A stretch of DNA of 50,568 nt. Source: a virus. Taxonomy: Duplodnaviria; Heunggongvirae; Uroviricota; Caudoviricetes. Below the pieces are notes generated by a model, which saw nothing but the letters and a program-made list of their open reading frames with translations, had not been told where the DNA came from and searched no databases. Positions 9,794-20,223 of the stretch are shown one piece after another (positions within the stretch are counted from its first letter, which is position 1; each line of letters opens with the position of its first letter). Location: IMG/VR virus record IMGVR_UViG_3300047548_001036, positions 64,001-114,568 of that record; one strand, given 5' to 3'. The translations under genes were made by a program, and so were the position numbers.

Positions 9794-12700
9794 ATGGCAA
9801 AAAAAGTAGTCGAAGCACAATACACATTTACTGCGAGCACTCGCACAATAGTAATTAATAGATTTATTAGACAAGAAAATCTTCTACTAATTACCAACGT
9901 CACTAAAGGGACCGTAATCTTCAATTTTAGCGATCCTGACCTTAAAGCAACTAGCTATGTGACTAACTCAGCAAACGTACAGCAAGGTGCTACACCTCAA
10001 ACTACCACAGTTGTATTAAACTATAATACTACAGCAATGAGTAATACTGATAAATTACTCATAATGGTAGAAGAAGAATCAGAAACGTTTACTCCGTCGG
10101 ATGTATTTACAGACCCAGTACAAAAATTACGTGTAAGTCAGCCGCAGGCACTAATTGATACTGACTTTGAATACTCTCTACAACCTAGTAAATGGGAATT
10201 TTTACCGCTAGTTCAATACTACCCTAGTTTTTATAGCAGGGGAACCGGAGGTAACAGCCTAGCAATTTCTACAATTAGCGGCGGTGGACAAAGTCCTAGA
10301 TCTACCATAACAGTCACTACAAGTGCCACCCATTCTCTGGTACTAGGAGATATTGTAACTGTTCAAGAAACTACCAATCAATTGGCAGACGGTACTTTTG
10401 CAGTAACTAGCGTACCTAATACTAACACATTTACCTACGTTGCCAAAGGCGTAGTTAGCGGTAGTATCTTAGATTCAGGTTCTACAGCTAGCTATGGCGG
10501 GGGGCTTTATGATTTTTCTTCCATTGCAGTATCTGGAATAACATCTAACGGAGCTACCCCATCAGTTATTACAGTGACCACTGGTAACACACACGGCCTA
10601 TTACCAGGTACTCCTGTTGTTATTGCCGGTGCAACAATCTCTACATCATTAAACGGAAATTGGGTTATTACCACTGTCCCAACTCCTACCACATTTACGT
10701 TTACCGCATCTGGATTGATTACAACTGGTTCCCAGAACATATCGGGTGTAAGATTAACAGTAAGCCCAGAAGCTTACGCAATTCATAGGTCTACTGACGG
10801 CGGGGTTTCTATTACTCCGGGTGGTAACTTTGTCGGAGTCCAAGCAATTCGTCAAACACGTCGCTACTTCCGTTATCAATCTGGCAAGGGAATCCAATTT
10901 TCAACCGGCGCAAAATTTACTCCAACCCATGACATTGATATTGCGACATCTTCGGGCACAACTTGCACCATTACTACACAGCAGGATCATAACTTGCAAG
11001 TAGGAGCAACTATTTTGGTTGAAGGACTAACTGTTACTAGCGGCACAAACTTTTATAACGGGTCATTCGTTGTAGCGAGTGTAACTGGAACAAAGACATT
11101 TACTTATACGATGTCCGGAATTCCTTCGGATACTGCTCCGGTTGGGTATGCAGTAGTGACTTCTACTGCATGGAGAGGTGCTAGCTGCCGCCTCGGGCTG
11201 TTTGATGATCAAAATGGATTCTTTTTTGAGTACGACGGAAAAACATTATTTGCTTGCCGTAAACAGGGAATTAAAGAACTGTACGGAAAAATTTCAGCAA
11301 CTAATAACAGCAATACTATCACGGGAACTAGTACTAGATTTAGACGTCAGCTAGTGGTTGGAGATAAAATAATTATTAAAGGATCAACCTACGAAGTTCA
11401 GCAAATTGATACTGACACACAGATGAGAATTACTCCAGCATTTAGAGGACCCACAACTGCATCAACCAGATATTTAAAAGTTGAAGTTTTTAAAGTTCCT
11501 CAGAATCAATGGAACATCGATAAGCTCGATGGAACCGGTGCTAGTGGGTATAGCCTCGACATTAGCAAAATGCAAATGGCATACATTGATTACACGTGGT
11601 ACGGAGCAGGGCATATACGATTTGGATTCCGAGGTGTCAACGGAGAAATTGTCTACTGCCACAGAATGCCTAATAATAACGTAAACCATTCTGCTTACAT
11701 GCGTTCAGGTAATTTACCTGCAAGATTTGAAATAGAAAATTACGGTTACTATAGCAAACTAGTCGCAGGTGCAGCAGGAACCAAAGGTAGTGCATTGGCG
11801 TCTTCAGATACCACATTATACGTTGAAGATGCTAGCTTATGGCCAACTCCTAGCGCAAGTTTACCAGGTGCAGTGCTTCTTAGAGACGGCACTAATTGCG
11901 AATTAGTTACTTACACTGGCATCGGAGCCTACAATGCCACTGCTGGCGGGTATCCGTTAACCGGGTGTACTCGCAGAACTACCATTGGGATTGCGGGTGT
12001 TAATAGCGTAGGAGCATGGAGTTCATCTGCATATGTTTTGGGGGGAACAACTAGTACCGTTACGTTTACACCTGATCCAAGTGTGGGCGGAAGTGGTACA
12101 AGTCAAGTCAGTGTTCAAGAAATTCGCAACACCTGCGCGCCTATTGTAAGTCATTGGGGAGTTAGCGTAATAATGGATGGGCGATATGATAATGATAAGG
12201 AAATTAGATTTACAGCCGGTATGCTTCGATACCTAACTGTTGCAGCAGGTGCACAGCGCCCTTTACTAATGATACGAATCTCCCCTAGCGTTGATTCTGG
12301 AAATGCCCGTAACTTTGCTATACGTGAATTAGTTAACCGTATGCAACTAACTTTAAAAGAGCTAGGAGTATATAGCCAAGGACAGTTTCTAATAGAAGGT
12401 ATTCTGAATCCAAACACTATTAGCGGTGGAGGGTGGTCAAACGCTTCTAGTTGGACCACAACTGCAGTAGGATCTGGATCGTTGGCCCAGGTATTTTATT
12501 TTGATGGGACTGGTGCTTCAGGAGGTGCGGTATCTGCTTCGGGCACATTTACTGGAGGTGATCGTATTTTTGGTGCGTACACTGAAAACTCTGGAGGCAC
12601 AAACTACTCTACAACAAGAGTTGAATTACAAGAAGTTCGAGATCTGGGCACTAGCATTCTTAGTGGAGACGGGTCTTCGACAAACTGGGGATTCCCAAAT

Positions 12701-12796
12701 GGTCCTGATATATTGTTGATTTCTGCCAGAAGTTTGGCTACAACTGGTACTAATAATATCGCATGTCGAATTTCTTGGACAGAAGCACAGGCTTAA
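9794..12796 (+). CDS. Large virion structural protein
   Basis: 1000 aa, beta-rich. 'DPVQKLRVSQPQALIDTDFEY', 'RQTRRYFRYQSGK' and 'LDISKMQM..IDYTWYGAG' motifs; homologous to 24134..25474. Confidence 0.75.
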   Translation: MAKKVVEAQYTFTASTRTIVINRFIRQENLLLITNVTKGTVIFNFSDPDLKATSYVTNSANVQQGATPQTTTVVLNYNTTAMSNTDKLLIMVEEESETFTPSDVFTDPVQKLRVSQPQALIDTDFEYSLQPSKWEFLPLVQYYPSFYSRGTGGNSLAISTISGGGQSPRSTITVTTSATHSLVLGDIVTVQETTNQLADGTFAVTSVPNTNTFTYVAKGVVSGSILDSGSTASYGGGLYDFSSIAVSGITSNGATPSVITVTTGNTHGLLPGTPVVIAGATISTSLNGNWVITTVPTPTTFTFTASGLITTGSQNISGVRLTVSPEAYAIHRSTDGGVSITPGGNFVGVQAIRQTRRYFRYQSGKGIQFSTGAKFTPTHDIDIATSSGTTCTITTQQDHNLQVGATILVEGLTVTSGTNFYNGSFVVASVTGTKTFTYTMSGIPSDTAPVGYAVVTSTAWRGASCRLGLFDDQNGFFFEYDGKTLFACRKQGIKELYGKISATNNSNTITGTSTRFRRQLVVGDKIIIKGSTYEVQQIDTDTQMRITPAFRGPTTASTRYLKVEVFKVPQNQWNIDKLDGTGASGYSLDISKMQMAYIDYTWYGAGHIRFGFRGVNGEIVYCHRMPNNNVNHSAYMRSGNLPARFEIENYGYYSKLVAGAAGTKGSALASSDTTLYVEDASLWPTPSASLPGAVLLRDGTNCELVTYTGIGAYNATAGGYPLTGCTRRTTIGIAGVNSVGAWSSSAYVLGGTTSTVTFTPDPSVGGSGTSQVSVQEIRNTCAPIVSHWGVSVIMDGRYDNDKEIRFTAGMLRYLTVAAGAQRPLLMIRISPSVDSGNARNFAIRELVNRMQLTLKELGVYSQGQFLIEGILNPNTISGGGWSNASSWTTTAVGSGSLAQVFYFDGTGASGGAVSASGTFTGGDRIFGAYTENSGGTNYSTTRVELQEVRDLGTSILSGDGSSTNWGFPNGPDILLISARSLATTGTNNIACRISWTEAQA

Positions 12797-12809
12797 TAGG
12801 AGAAACAGT

Positions 12810-13535
12810 GTGGCATCCAGGGATTTTTTAAAACACACTGTTTCGTCAGCCGCGCCAATAAACAGCGCAGTTGGTGACGAATGGTATGATCCTATAGCTA
12901 ATAAACTTTATAAGAAAGTTGTAGTTAACGGAACACTTGTTCAATACAAAGAAGTTTCGTTAACTAATATTATATCCGATACCGCTCCAATTTCTCCGAG
13001 TCCAGGAACATTGTGGTGGGATTCTACAAGTGGTAGCCTTAAAATATACTATGTAGATGAAGATTCATCGCAGTGGGTGGAGGCAAATACAGCAACTGGT
13101 CCGGTCGGACCAGTTGGACCAATTGGTCCAACTGGATATACAGGATCTGCAGGACAGGTTGATTTAACTACTCCGCAGACTATGTCAAACAAGACATTTT
13201 CTAATTCAACATTTTTAGGTTACACGGAAACTCAGTATTCTACAAATGCTAGCACTTCAATAACATTAAGTTTAGACAATGGAACAATTCAGTATTTAAC
13301 ATTAACTGGTAATACAACAATTAGTATGCCTACGGTTGCTTCCGGTAAATCTTTTGTTATGTACTTAAAACAAGATGCAACTGGTTCAAGGACAGTTACA
13401 TGGTCGACCGTAAAATGGGCAGGATCCACTGCTCCTACTATTACTGCAACAGCATCAAAGATGGATATATTTAGTTTCTTTTCTGACGGGGTAAACTGGT
13501 ACGGCGCTGTCATAGGACAAAATTATACACCGTAA
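12810..13535 (+). CDS. Short tail-fibre-like virion protein
   Basis: GTG start. 'GDEWYD', 'APISPSPGTLWWDS', a short collagen stretch (GPVGPVGPIGPTGYTGSAG) and a C-terminal 'LKQDATGSRTVTW..VKW..TAPT.T..DIFSFFSDG.NWYG' fibre domain. Confidence 0.75.
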   Translation: MASRDFLKHTVSSAAPINSAVGDEWYDPIANKLYKKVVVNGTLVQYKEVSLTNIISDTAPISPSPGTLWWDSTSGSLKIYYVDEDSSQWVEANTATGPVGPVGPIGPTGYTGSAGQVDLTTPQTMSNKTFSNSTFLGYTETQYSTNASTSITLSLDNGTIQYLTLTGNTTISMPTVASGKSFVMYLKQDATGSRTVTWSTVKWAGSTAPTITATASKMDIFSFFSDGVNWYGAVIGQNYTP

Positions 13536-13548
13536 GGAATTATAGTTT

Positions 13549-14718
13549 ATGTTTTCATCAACTAAAACCGGTACTGTTGTTATTCCACAATCGTTAGCCA
13601 ATGTTGTTATTATTCCCGTTGTTACGATAGCAGGATCTACCACATACTTAATCCTAATAAGCCGCTCGGGAAGTGTTCTTGCAAGGATTGCATTTCCAAG
13701 TAGCATTAGCAACGGGGCAGTAACGTACCATCGATACGGACAATTTTTATATGTAATACCCAGCGGTGCTCTTTCAATTTTTAAATTTGACTTAAGTTCT
13801 CTTACTGCATCGACAATTTCAGCGCCTTATGATCATCGTGCGACGTCTTGGGTAAGATATTCTGCAACTCAACTAATACGTGTAGGAATTCCAGATAGTA
13901 CTTATAAGGTACTAGATATGACTACTGGAAATATAACCAGCACTTCTTACACCGCAGCATCGACTACTGGGTGGACGGGCTCGGTAGGCATAACTGGGTT
14001 TTATGATAAAACCGTGGGTGGCTTAACTAATTTCGGTAATAGACTTTACTGGGAAGGAGCAACCGGAGTTTCTTTTAATGGTGAAGTTAACGTTGCTAGC
14101 ATATCTGGCGGTGCTCTAGGAACAAGAACTGCACTGGTTACTAATATTAGCAACTATTCTAGGTCATGGGGGGCTATTGGTAATAGTTCCACGGCAATGG
14201 TTACAAATAGTTGGGGGATGTATAAAGTGTCTAATGCTAGTAATTCTGCTGCATTGTGGAATCTAGCCAGCAATAACATAACCTATAACTCAAATAGCTA
14301 TGGTCAAAATAATGACGGTCAAAGCCCGTTAACTGCAAGTTGTCTGACTTCTAATTTGCGAATGTACCAATCATTTGGGTGGTACAACAATTCTACATCT
14401 ACCTATCAGTTTGTGTTAGGAACTTACGACTTTTCCCAGAATACAGGAACTCAAACTCCCACGTTTGTATTGGCATTTCCTGTTAAAACTGGTAACTATA
14501 GTTTGCAAACCACTACGTGTGTCCAAGTTTCATCTGACGGTAAGGTGGCAGTGTTATATCAGGACCCGTCAAGTAATTATATATTTAAACTTGCAACAAT
14601 TAGTGGTTCTACAGTGATTTCAACAGTTACCGTAGATGTAGGGTCAGCCTACTCATCTGGTGTTTACGAATTTTGTAGCACTCCGATATCGGAACTTGGT
14701 ATATACGACGCTACTTAG
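13549..14718 (+). CDS. Hypothetical beta-rich protein (possible receptor-binding or beta-propeller domain)
   Basis: 389-aa ORF rich in S/T/N/Y, within the fibre operon; no family recognised. Confidence 0.65.
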   Translation: MFSSTKTGTVVIPQSLANVVIIPVVTIAGSTTYLILISRSGSVLARIAFPSSISNGAVTYHRYGQFLYVIPSGALSIFKFDLSSLTASTISAPYDHRATSWVRYSATQLIRVGIPDSTYKVLDMTTGNITSTSYTAASTTGWTGSVGITGFYDKTVGGLTNFGNRLYWEGATGVSFNGEVNVASISGGALGTRTALVTNISNYSRSWGAIGNSSTAMVTNSWGMYKVSNASNSAALWNLASNNITYNSNSYGQNNDGQSPLTASCLTSNLRMYQSFGWYNNSTSTYQFVLGTYDFSQNTGTQTPTFVLAFPVKTGNYSLQTTTCVQVSSDGKVAVLYQDPSSNYIFKLATISGSTVISTVTVDVGSAYSSGVYEFCSTPISELGIYDAT

Positions 14719-14726
14719 GAAAAAAA

Positions 14727-15344
14727 ATGTTTGTACGTGAAATTAATAATAATATTGTTGAATATAATTTAGCTCAATTAAGTGTAGACTACCCAAATAC
14801 GAGCTTTCCGTTTCCTCTTACTACACAAGCATTAGAAGAGTACGGAATATTTGAATGTGAAGTTGAGCCATATCCTGCATTTAATCAAGTCATTGAAAAA
14901 GTAATTCCTGGACCTATTCTAAAACGTAATAACCTCTATAAACAAACATGGATTGTTACCAGCAAATTTACAGAATATATCGAGGTGGACGGAACTACAC
15001 ATACCGTTGAAGATCAAATACAGGCTGCACTTACTGAAGATGCCAAATATCGTACTAGCTTAGTAAGAGACCAGCTAGTAAAATTAGTTCAATTAAGACT
15101 TGATAATTTTGCGCAAACTCGTAACTACGACGGTATTTTAAGCTTATGTACTTATGCATTAGATCCGTCCTCGGAATTTAGGACCGAAGCTGAATATGGT
15201 ATAAGCATTCGAAGTGCAACATGGTCAAAGTTTTATTCTATTTTAGAAGAAGTTGATAATGGCATTCGCCCACTTCCAACTAGCTTCGCTGACATCGAAA
15301 TGGAATTACCAGCATTAGAATGGCCTTCACAACAACCCGAATAA
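14727..15344 (+). CDS. Tail-fibre assembly/chaperone-like protein
   Basis: N-terminal 'YPNTSFP..L...L.EYGI' and C-terminal 'LDNFAQTRNYDGILSLCTYA...LPALEWP' motifs, typical of proteins next to fibre genes. Confidence 0.65.
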   Translation: MFVREINNNIVEYNLAQLSVDYPNTSFPFPLTTQALEEYGIFECEVEPYPAFNQVIEKVIPGPILKRNNLYKQTWIVTSKFTEYIEVDGTTHTVEDQIQAALTEDAKYRTSLVRDQLVKLVQLRLDNFAQTRNYDGILSLCTYALDPSSEFRTEAEYGISIRSATWSKFYSILEEVDNGIRPLPTSFADIEMELPALEWPSQQPE

Positions 15345-15359
15345 CAAGGAAAATAAAAT

Positions 15360-15878
15360 ATGGCAATCAACTTTCCAAGCTCTCCTGCGATAGGAAGTAC
15401 ATTTAATGCAGGGTCCAGGACATGGCAATGGGACGGGACTGCATGGGTTGGTAGTAGCAGTAGTGGGGGATCGACTACTACCCTAGATAATATGTTTTTA
15501 TTGAGTGGAATTACAACCAACGGAGCCGCTCTAGTCTTAACCACCAACGGCGGTACAGCAGGCGCAAGCAATCAGGTTACACTAAGTAACGATACAACTG
15601 CCACGTTTGATATCTCGATTGTTGCCAGAAGAACTGACGCTGACAATGAAAGCGCCGGGTTTCAGTTTTTTGGTGTGATTGATAGAAATACCAACGAAGC
15701 TAGTACTGCAATTATTGGAAGTGTTGTTAAAAACGTCCTAGCCGAAGATTCGGTAGCATGGGATGCCAATGTGTCTGCAGATACAACTTATGGCGGCATT
15801 AAAGTAGAAGTTACCGGAGAAGCAGCCAAAACTATTAGTTGGTCTGCAACTGTTTGGATAACAAAAATAACAGGTTGA
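15360..15878 (+). CDS. Small virion/fibre protein sharing its C-terminal domain with fibre 2846
   Basis: 'MAINFPSSP..G.....RTWQWDGTAW' N-terminus; C-terminal '[37 protein letters not shown]' is shared with 2846..5971. Confidence 0.75.
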   Translation: MAINFPSSPAIGSTFNAGSRTWQWDGTAWVGSSSSGGSTTTLDNMFLLSGITTNGAALVLTTNGGTAGASNQVTLSNDTTATFDISIVARRTDADNESAGFQFFGVIDRNTNEASTAIIGSVVKNVLAEDSVAWDANVSADTTYGGIKVEVTGEAAKTISWSATVWITKITG

Positions 15879-15896
15879 CTATATTTAAGGATTAAA

Positions 15897-16952
15897 ATGT
15901 CTATTAGTATTAATCATCAAACAAATAACATCACTTCTTCTGGAAATATTGTTATATCCGGTAGTGGGGCTCTGACAATACCGCTAGGAACCACAGCAGA
16001 ACGACCGGCTAGTCCATCAAATGGCATGCTTCGCTATAATACAACATTAAATGTTTATGAAGTATATTCAACAGTAACTAGTAGCTGGAGATTTACCCCA
16101 TTAGGAGATGTTATCGTTCAGGCAGCAACTAACGGTGAGCAAGTATATACTAACCCGGGAAGTTATAGTTGGGTATGCCCTGCTGGAGTCACTGCGGTAT
16201 GCGTGCTAGTAGTCGGTGCAGGGGGAGGAGGCGTTGGATATTCACAATACTCAGGTGCAGGGGGAGGGGGCGGACTAGCATATTTAAATAATATTCCAGT
16301 AACCCCAGGAAACAGCTATACTGTAGTAGTCGGGGCTGGAGGGAATGCGGCCGTAGGCGTTGCCAGCAATGCCGGTAGTGGTGGGACTAGTTATTTTATA
16401 AACACTTCTACAATATATGCCACAGGCGGATCTGGAGGTCAGTACCAAGGTACCGCGGCATCAGGTGGAACTGGATTTTATATTTCAAGCATCTATGGGT
16501 CTGGTGCTGCAAATACCGGCGGAAGTGGTGGGTACGCGGTGGGTACCACCGCTGGCGCGGCAGGCGGCGGAGGGGCTGCAGGCTATAGTGGCCCGGGTGG
16601 AAACGGTGGTAGTATTATTGCATCGGGCAATGGCACCTCCGCTAGCGCAGGATCCGGGGGGGGAGGTGGAGGCGGTGGCTTCACCACCACTAACACTTTA
16701 TCCGGCGGGGGAGGAGGAGGAGTAGGAATATACGGACTCGGTACGAGTGGAGCTGCCGCATCAGCGATGGGCGCCGGTGGTGGTGGTGGAAGCGGTGGAA
16801 GCAGCGGGTCCGGAACTGTACCTGGAGCTTACGGAGGGGGCGGAGGGGCAAGTGATGCTTTAGGGGGCGCCGCGCCTGGTGCCGATGGCGTTGTACGAAT
16901 CATCTGGGGACCAAATAGAGCATTCCCATCAACTAATACAGGAGCACTGTAA
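15897..16952 (+). CDS. Glycine-rich-domain virion/tail protein
   Basis: 'GTTAERP.SP.NGMLRYNTT' followed by 'SWVCPAGVTAVCVLVVGAGGGG...GAGGGGGLAY.NNIPVTPG.SYTVVVGAGG' and poly-Gly tracts. Confidence 0.8.
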   Translation: MSISINHQTNNITSSGNIVISGSGALTIPLGTTAERPASPSNGMLRYNTTLNVYEVYSTVTSSWRFTPLGDVIVQAATNGEQVYTNPGSYSWVCPAGVTAVCVLVVGAGGGGVGYSQYSGAGGGGGLAYLNNIPVTPGNSYTVVVGAGGNAAVGVASNAGSGGTSYFINTSTIYATGGSGGQYQGTAASGGTGFYISSIYGSGAANTGGSGGYAVGTTAGAAGGGGAAGYSGPGGNGGSIIASGNGTSASAGSGGGGGGGGFTTTNTLSGGGGGGVGIYGLGTSGAAASAMGAGGGGGSGGSSGSGTVPGAYGGGGGASDALGGAAPGADGVVRIIWGPNRAFPSTNTGAL

Positions 16953-17329
16953 TGATAGAACTTTATAGTTACAAAGGAGCTTACCCTTACCCGCTTCCCG
17001 AGGATATGTCTAACTATCTACTAGAAGACTTTGTGTTAGCACCAAGTAAACCAGATCTTTTAATTGACGAATTTCTAGACTGGGATGGTAGCAACTGGAT
17101 TGTTCGCAAAGCGAATGCTTCGGAAACCTCAATAAAAGGACAAGAAGTACGAGATTTTAGAAATTTACTGTTAGATAAATCCGACATAGATATTATACAG
17201 TCATACGAAAAGTCCTTAACAGGACAATCCGTAGATGCAACTAGTTTGATTATTTACCGTCAACAGCTAAGAGACATAACAACTCAACCGGGATTTCCTT
17301 GGGAAATAGTTTGGCCTGAAAAACCCTAA
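16952..17329 (+). CDS. Phage tail assembly chaperone-like protein
   Basis: C-terminal 'RN.LL..SD...YRQQLRDITTQPGFPWEIVWPEKP' signature. Confidence 0.8.
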   Translation: MIELYSYKGAYPYPLPEDMSNYLLEDFVLAPSKPDLLIDEFLDWDGSNWIVRKANASETSIKGQEVRDFRNLLLDKSDIDIIQSYEKSLTGQSVDATSLIIYRQQLRDITTQPGFPWEIVWPEKP

Positions 17330-17350
17330 AATTAAAAATAGCAATTAAAC

Positions 17351-17379
17351 TTGACTTCATATTAAACTTGCTGTAAAAT
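17351..17379 (+). promoter_or_regulatory. sigma70-type promoter for the glycosyl/sulfotransferase operon
   Basis: TTGACT - 17 nt - TAAAAT. Confidence 0.75.
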
Positions 17380-17396
17380 GTCAATTTTATACTATT

Positions 17397-18038
17397 ATGA
17401 AGAAGATTTTAATTGCTACACCCTGCCTTGATCAAAAGGTAGATGCGTATTTTGTGCACAGTCTTTGTGAATCAATAAAACTAGGATTAAAGCACAATCT
17501 TGATATAAGGTGTGTGTTCCTAGCCAACGAAAGTATCTTGCCCATGGCCAGAAACGAACTGTTTGATCTTGCCTATAAAGAACAGTACGACGTCATGGTT
17601 TTTATCGACGATGACGAATACTGGAAAGAAGATTACCTAATCGAAATTATTAAATCAGAGAAGGATGTCGTTTGTTTACCCGTTGTTAACAAAGGAGACA
17701 AACAGATTGGATTTAATATTCTTTCGGATCTTACTGATCGAGACCCAGCAGACGGATATTATCAAACAAAAAAGGTAGGTGCCGGGTTCTTAAAGCTATC
17801 AAGAAAAGTTGTGGTCGATCTATGGGAATCAAATACTGAGCTATCATTTCGCAATAAAAAAATAAAAAATATTTGCGAATATACATATGCTAGTGGTTCG
17901 TTTGTGGGCGAAGACATTACATTATCTAATAAGATTAGAGAGCTAGGTTATACAATTTGGATTAATCCAAATCATACCGTTAGCCATATTGGTAATAAAA
18001 TGTATACTGGCGATTTTATCAAATCTCAAAATCTATGA
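17397..18038 (+). CDS. Glycosyltransferase-like protein (GT-A fold)
   Basis: 'ILIATPC', 'MARNEL', 'FIDDD' (DxD), 'GAGFL', 'GEDITL' and 'SHIGNK' motifs. Confidence 0.75.
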   Translation: MKKILIATPCLDQKVDAYFVHSLCESIKLGLKHNLDIRCVFLANESILPMARNELFDLAYKEQYDVMVFIDDDEYWKEDYLIEIIKSEKDVVCLPVVNKGDKQIGFNILSDLTDRDPADGYYQTKKVGAGFLKLSRKVVVDLWESNTELSFRNKKIKNICEYTYASGSFVGEDITLSNKIRELGYTIWINPNHTVSHIGNKMYTGDFIKSQNL

Positions 18039-19318
18039 GTAAAATCGATATAATTATTCCTACCATGTGGGCTCCAGCATCTGCGTTAGATGCAATTACG
18101 CATTACTGCCAATCTACAATAATTAATAAAATAATTATCATAGACAATAATCGAGCAGCTAGACCTAAAGATCCTATCTTTAATCAAGATAAGATAGAAA
18201 TTGTAGATTACGGGAGAAATATCTATGTCAATCCTGCATGGAACGAAGGAGTTGCCCGAGCGACTTCTGACTTAGTGTGCATTTTAAATGATGACATATT
18301 CGTTTCAAATGAAATATTTGAGATGATAGCTCAGCAGAACTTCGATGCCATTGACTTAATTGGTGTGAACCTTAGAGGTGCTCACGACAATTACACCATT
18401 ACCGATCATGAAGATAATACTGATCGGCTTGTTCGTTTAAATTACGATATAAACAGACCCATTGGGGGGCAGGCGTGGGCATTTGGTATTTGCATGTTTA
18501 TGCAGAGGAAAAAGTATTCCATAATTCCCAGTCTATATCAAGTATGGTACGGTGATGACTACATTGCACAGCGATCTACTAATATATACGCACTTAATAC
18601 CAATAAGATCAAAGGTAAAATTTCGGCTACGTTAACAAAACACTCGTCTCCAAACAGCGATATTTCTAAACGTGTCGAACTCGATTCGAAGAATTTTATT
18701 CGCTTCGGTCACTTCAGAAATGGGAACAGCTGGGACATTGCACAAAATACTATCAAAAGACTTGAATCAGAAAGAAAAATGGAATCAATATTTCCTAATG
18801 AATATCATCTAGCAAAAACAACGCCTAGCGATATAAATGAAAACGTACATATTCTTTATGAGTTAGCGACCCAATGCGATTCAGTTGTAGAAATGGGTGT
18901 GAGAACCGGAGTAAGTACCAGAGCATTTTTGAACACCGATGTTAAACTAACCTCTTACGATATTGCATTAGACAACAAAGTCGGGCAATTATTTGGTATT
19001 GCAAAACACCTGGGCAAAAATGTAAATTACATACAAGCAAATGTCTTAGACATCGAAATTGAAGAGTGTGATTTGTTGTTTATTGATACGTTACATACAT
19101 ATAAACAATTAAGCACTGAACTAAAGCTACACGGTAATAAAGCTAAACGATACATTGCATTTCACGATACACACACATTTGGATTAAGAGACGAAGTTAG
19201 TAATGAAAACAACGGACTCTTACCTGCAATAATTGAATTCATGATCATTAATCCTCATTGGCGGTTTAAGATATATAAAACAAATAATAACGGGTTAACC
19301 GTTTTGGAGAGACAATGA
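18035..19318 (+). CDS. GT2 glycosyltransferase fused to a class I SAM-dependent methyltransferase
   Basis: N-terminal 'IIIPTMW..IIIIDNN..VNPAWNEG..ILNDDI..WYGDD'; C-terminal 'VEMGVRTGVST..LLFIDTLHTY.QL..EL..AFHDT'. Confidence 0.8.
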   Translation: MSKIDIIIPTMWAPASALDAITHYCQSTIINKIIIIDNNRAARPKDPIFNQDKIEIVDYGRNIYVNPAWNEGVARATSDLVCILNDDIFVSNEIFEMIAQQNFDAIDLIGVNLRGAHDNYTITDHEDNTDRLVRLNYDINRPIGGQAWAFGICMFMQRKKYSIIPSLYQVWYGDDYIAQRSTNIYALNTNKIKGKISATLTKHSSPNSDISKRVELDSKNFIRFGHFRNGNSWDIAQNTIKRLESERKMESIFPNEYHLAKTTPSDINENVHILYELATQCDSVVEMGVRTGVSTRAFLNTDVKLTSYDIALDNKVGQLFGIAKHLGKNVNYIQANVLDIEIEECDLLFIDTLHTYKQLSTELKLHGNKAKRYIAFHDTHTFGLRDEVSNENNGLLPAIIEFMIINPHWRFKIYKTNNNGLTVLERQ

Positions 19319-20214
19319 AATATAGTATTTTTCACGTACAAGGTGGAATTGGAAAACATGTTGCTGCAACAGCGGTAGCCAAAGCAATCAAAAATAATCA
19401 TCCTGATCGTAAACTAATCGTGGTGTGTGCATATCCGGATATTTTTAATAATTTAGAGTTCGTAGACCGTGTTTACACCATAGGTAAAACTTCATACTTT
19501 TATCAAAATTATATTCAGGATAAGGATTCAGTGGTTTTTCATCACGAGCCCTACTATACCACGGATCATATTCACAAAAGATTGCCATTAATTCAAAACT
19601 GGTGTAAGTTATATGGGTTAACCTATAATAATGAAGCACCGGTTGTTAAATTTAATAAATTGCAGTATGATCTTTCCAAGAAATACTGGGTTAATCAATC
19701 CAAACCCATTATGGTATTACATACTAATGGTGGTATGATGACCACTGACGCTAAACCCTATGCATGGACCCGAGATATGCCGGAAGATATAGCGCAGGCA
19801 TTGGTAGATCATTACAAAAAAGACTATTGTATCTACCAAGTTACGAAAATGAACTCTCCCAAACTTACAGGAGCAAGGCATGTTTTTGCCACCCCCGAAC
19901 ATTCGCTATCCATGATGGAGTTCTTTAGTATACTGCTACACAGTAAAAAGAGAATTTTAATTGATTCTTCTCTTCAGCACGTAGCTGCAGCACTTAAACG
20001 CCCTTCCACAGTTCTGTGGAATGGGACTTCCCCAACAGTGTTTGGTTATGATTTACATACTAATATATGTACAAAAGTACCATACAATTTTAAATTGCCG
20101 GGCAGTTACCTTTTTGACTTTGACTTTAACGGCAATGAAGTTGAATACCCGTTTACAGAAGATCAGAAGCTATTTGATTTAGAAGAAATTATTAAATCAG
20201 TTGATGCACAATAA
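19315..20214 (+). CDS. Glycosyltransferase, GT-B/family 9-like
   Basis: 'GGIGKHV.AT.V..AIK...PDRKLIVV..YPDIF', 'LIDSSLQH.AAAL..PSTVLW..T.P..FGY'. Confidence 0.7.
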   Translation: MKYSIFHVQGGIGKHVAATAVAKAIKNNHPDRKLIVVCAYPDIFNNLEFVDRVYTIGKTSYFYQNYIQDKDSVVFHHEPYYTTDHIHKRLPLIQNWCKLYGLTYNNEAPVVKFNKLQYDLSKKYWVNQSKPIMVLHTNGGMMTTDAKPYAWTRDMPEDIAQALVDHYKKDYCIYQVTKMNSPKLTGARHVFATPEHSLSMMEFFSILLHSKKRILIDSSLQHVAAALKRPSTVLWNGTSPTVFGYDLHTNICTKVPYNFKLPGSYLFDFDFNGNEVEYPFTEDQKLFDLEEIIKSVDAQ

Positions 20215-20223
20215 GGAAAAACA

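Noticed and set aside
9786-14727. A7-A8 runs at about 9787-9794 and 14720-14727 as further slippage sites
   Set aside because: Both are intergenic spacers between an SD-like GGA(G) and a proper ATG; no startless overlapping ORF needs explaining.
3280-16725. Many overlapping alternative-frame and minus-strand ORFs in the track (e.g. 3845..4339, 4398..5042, 6942..7361, 16417..16725)
   Set aside because: They are shadows of repetitive or Gly-rich genes, with no SD, no recognisable motifs and full overlap with well-supported CDSs.
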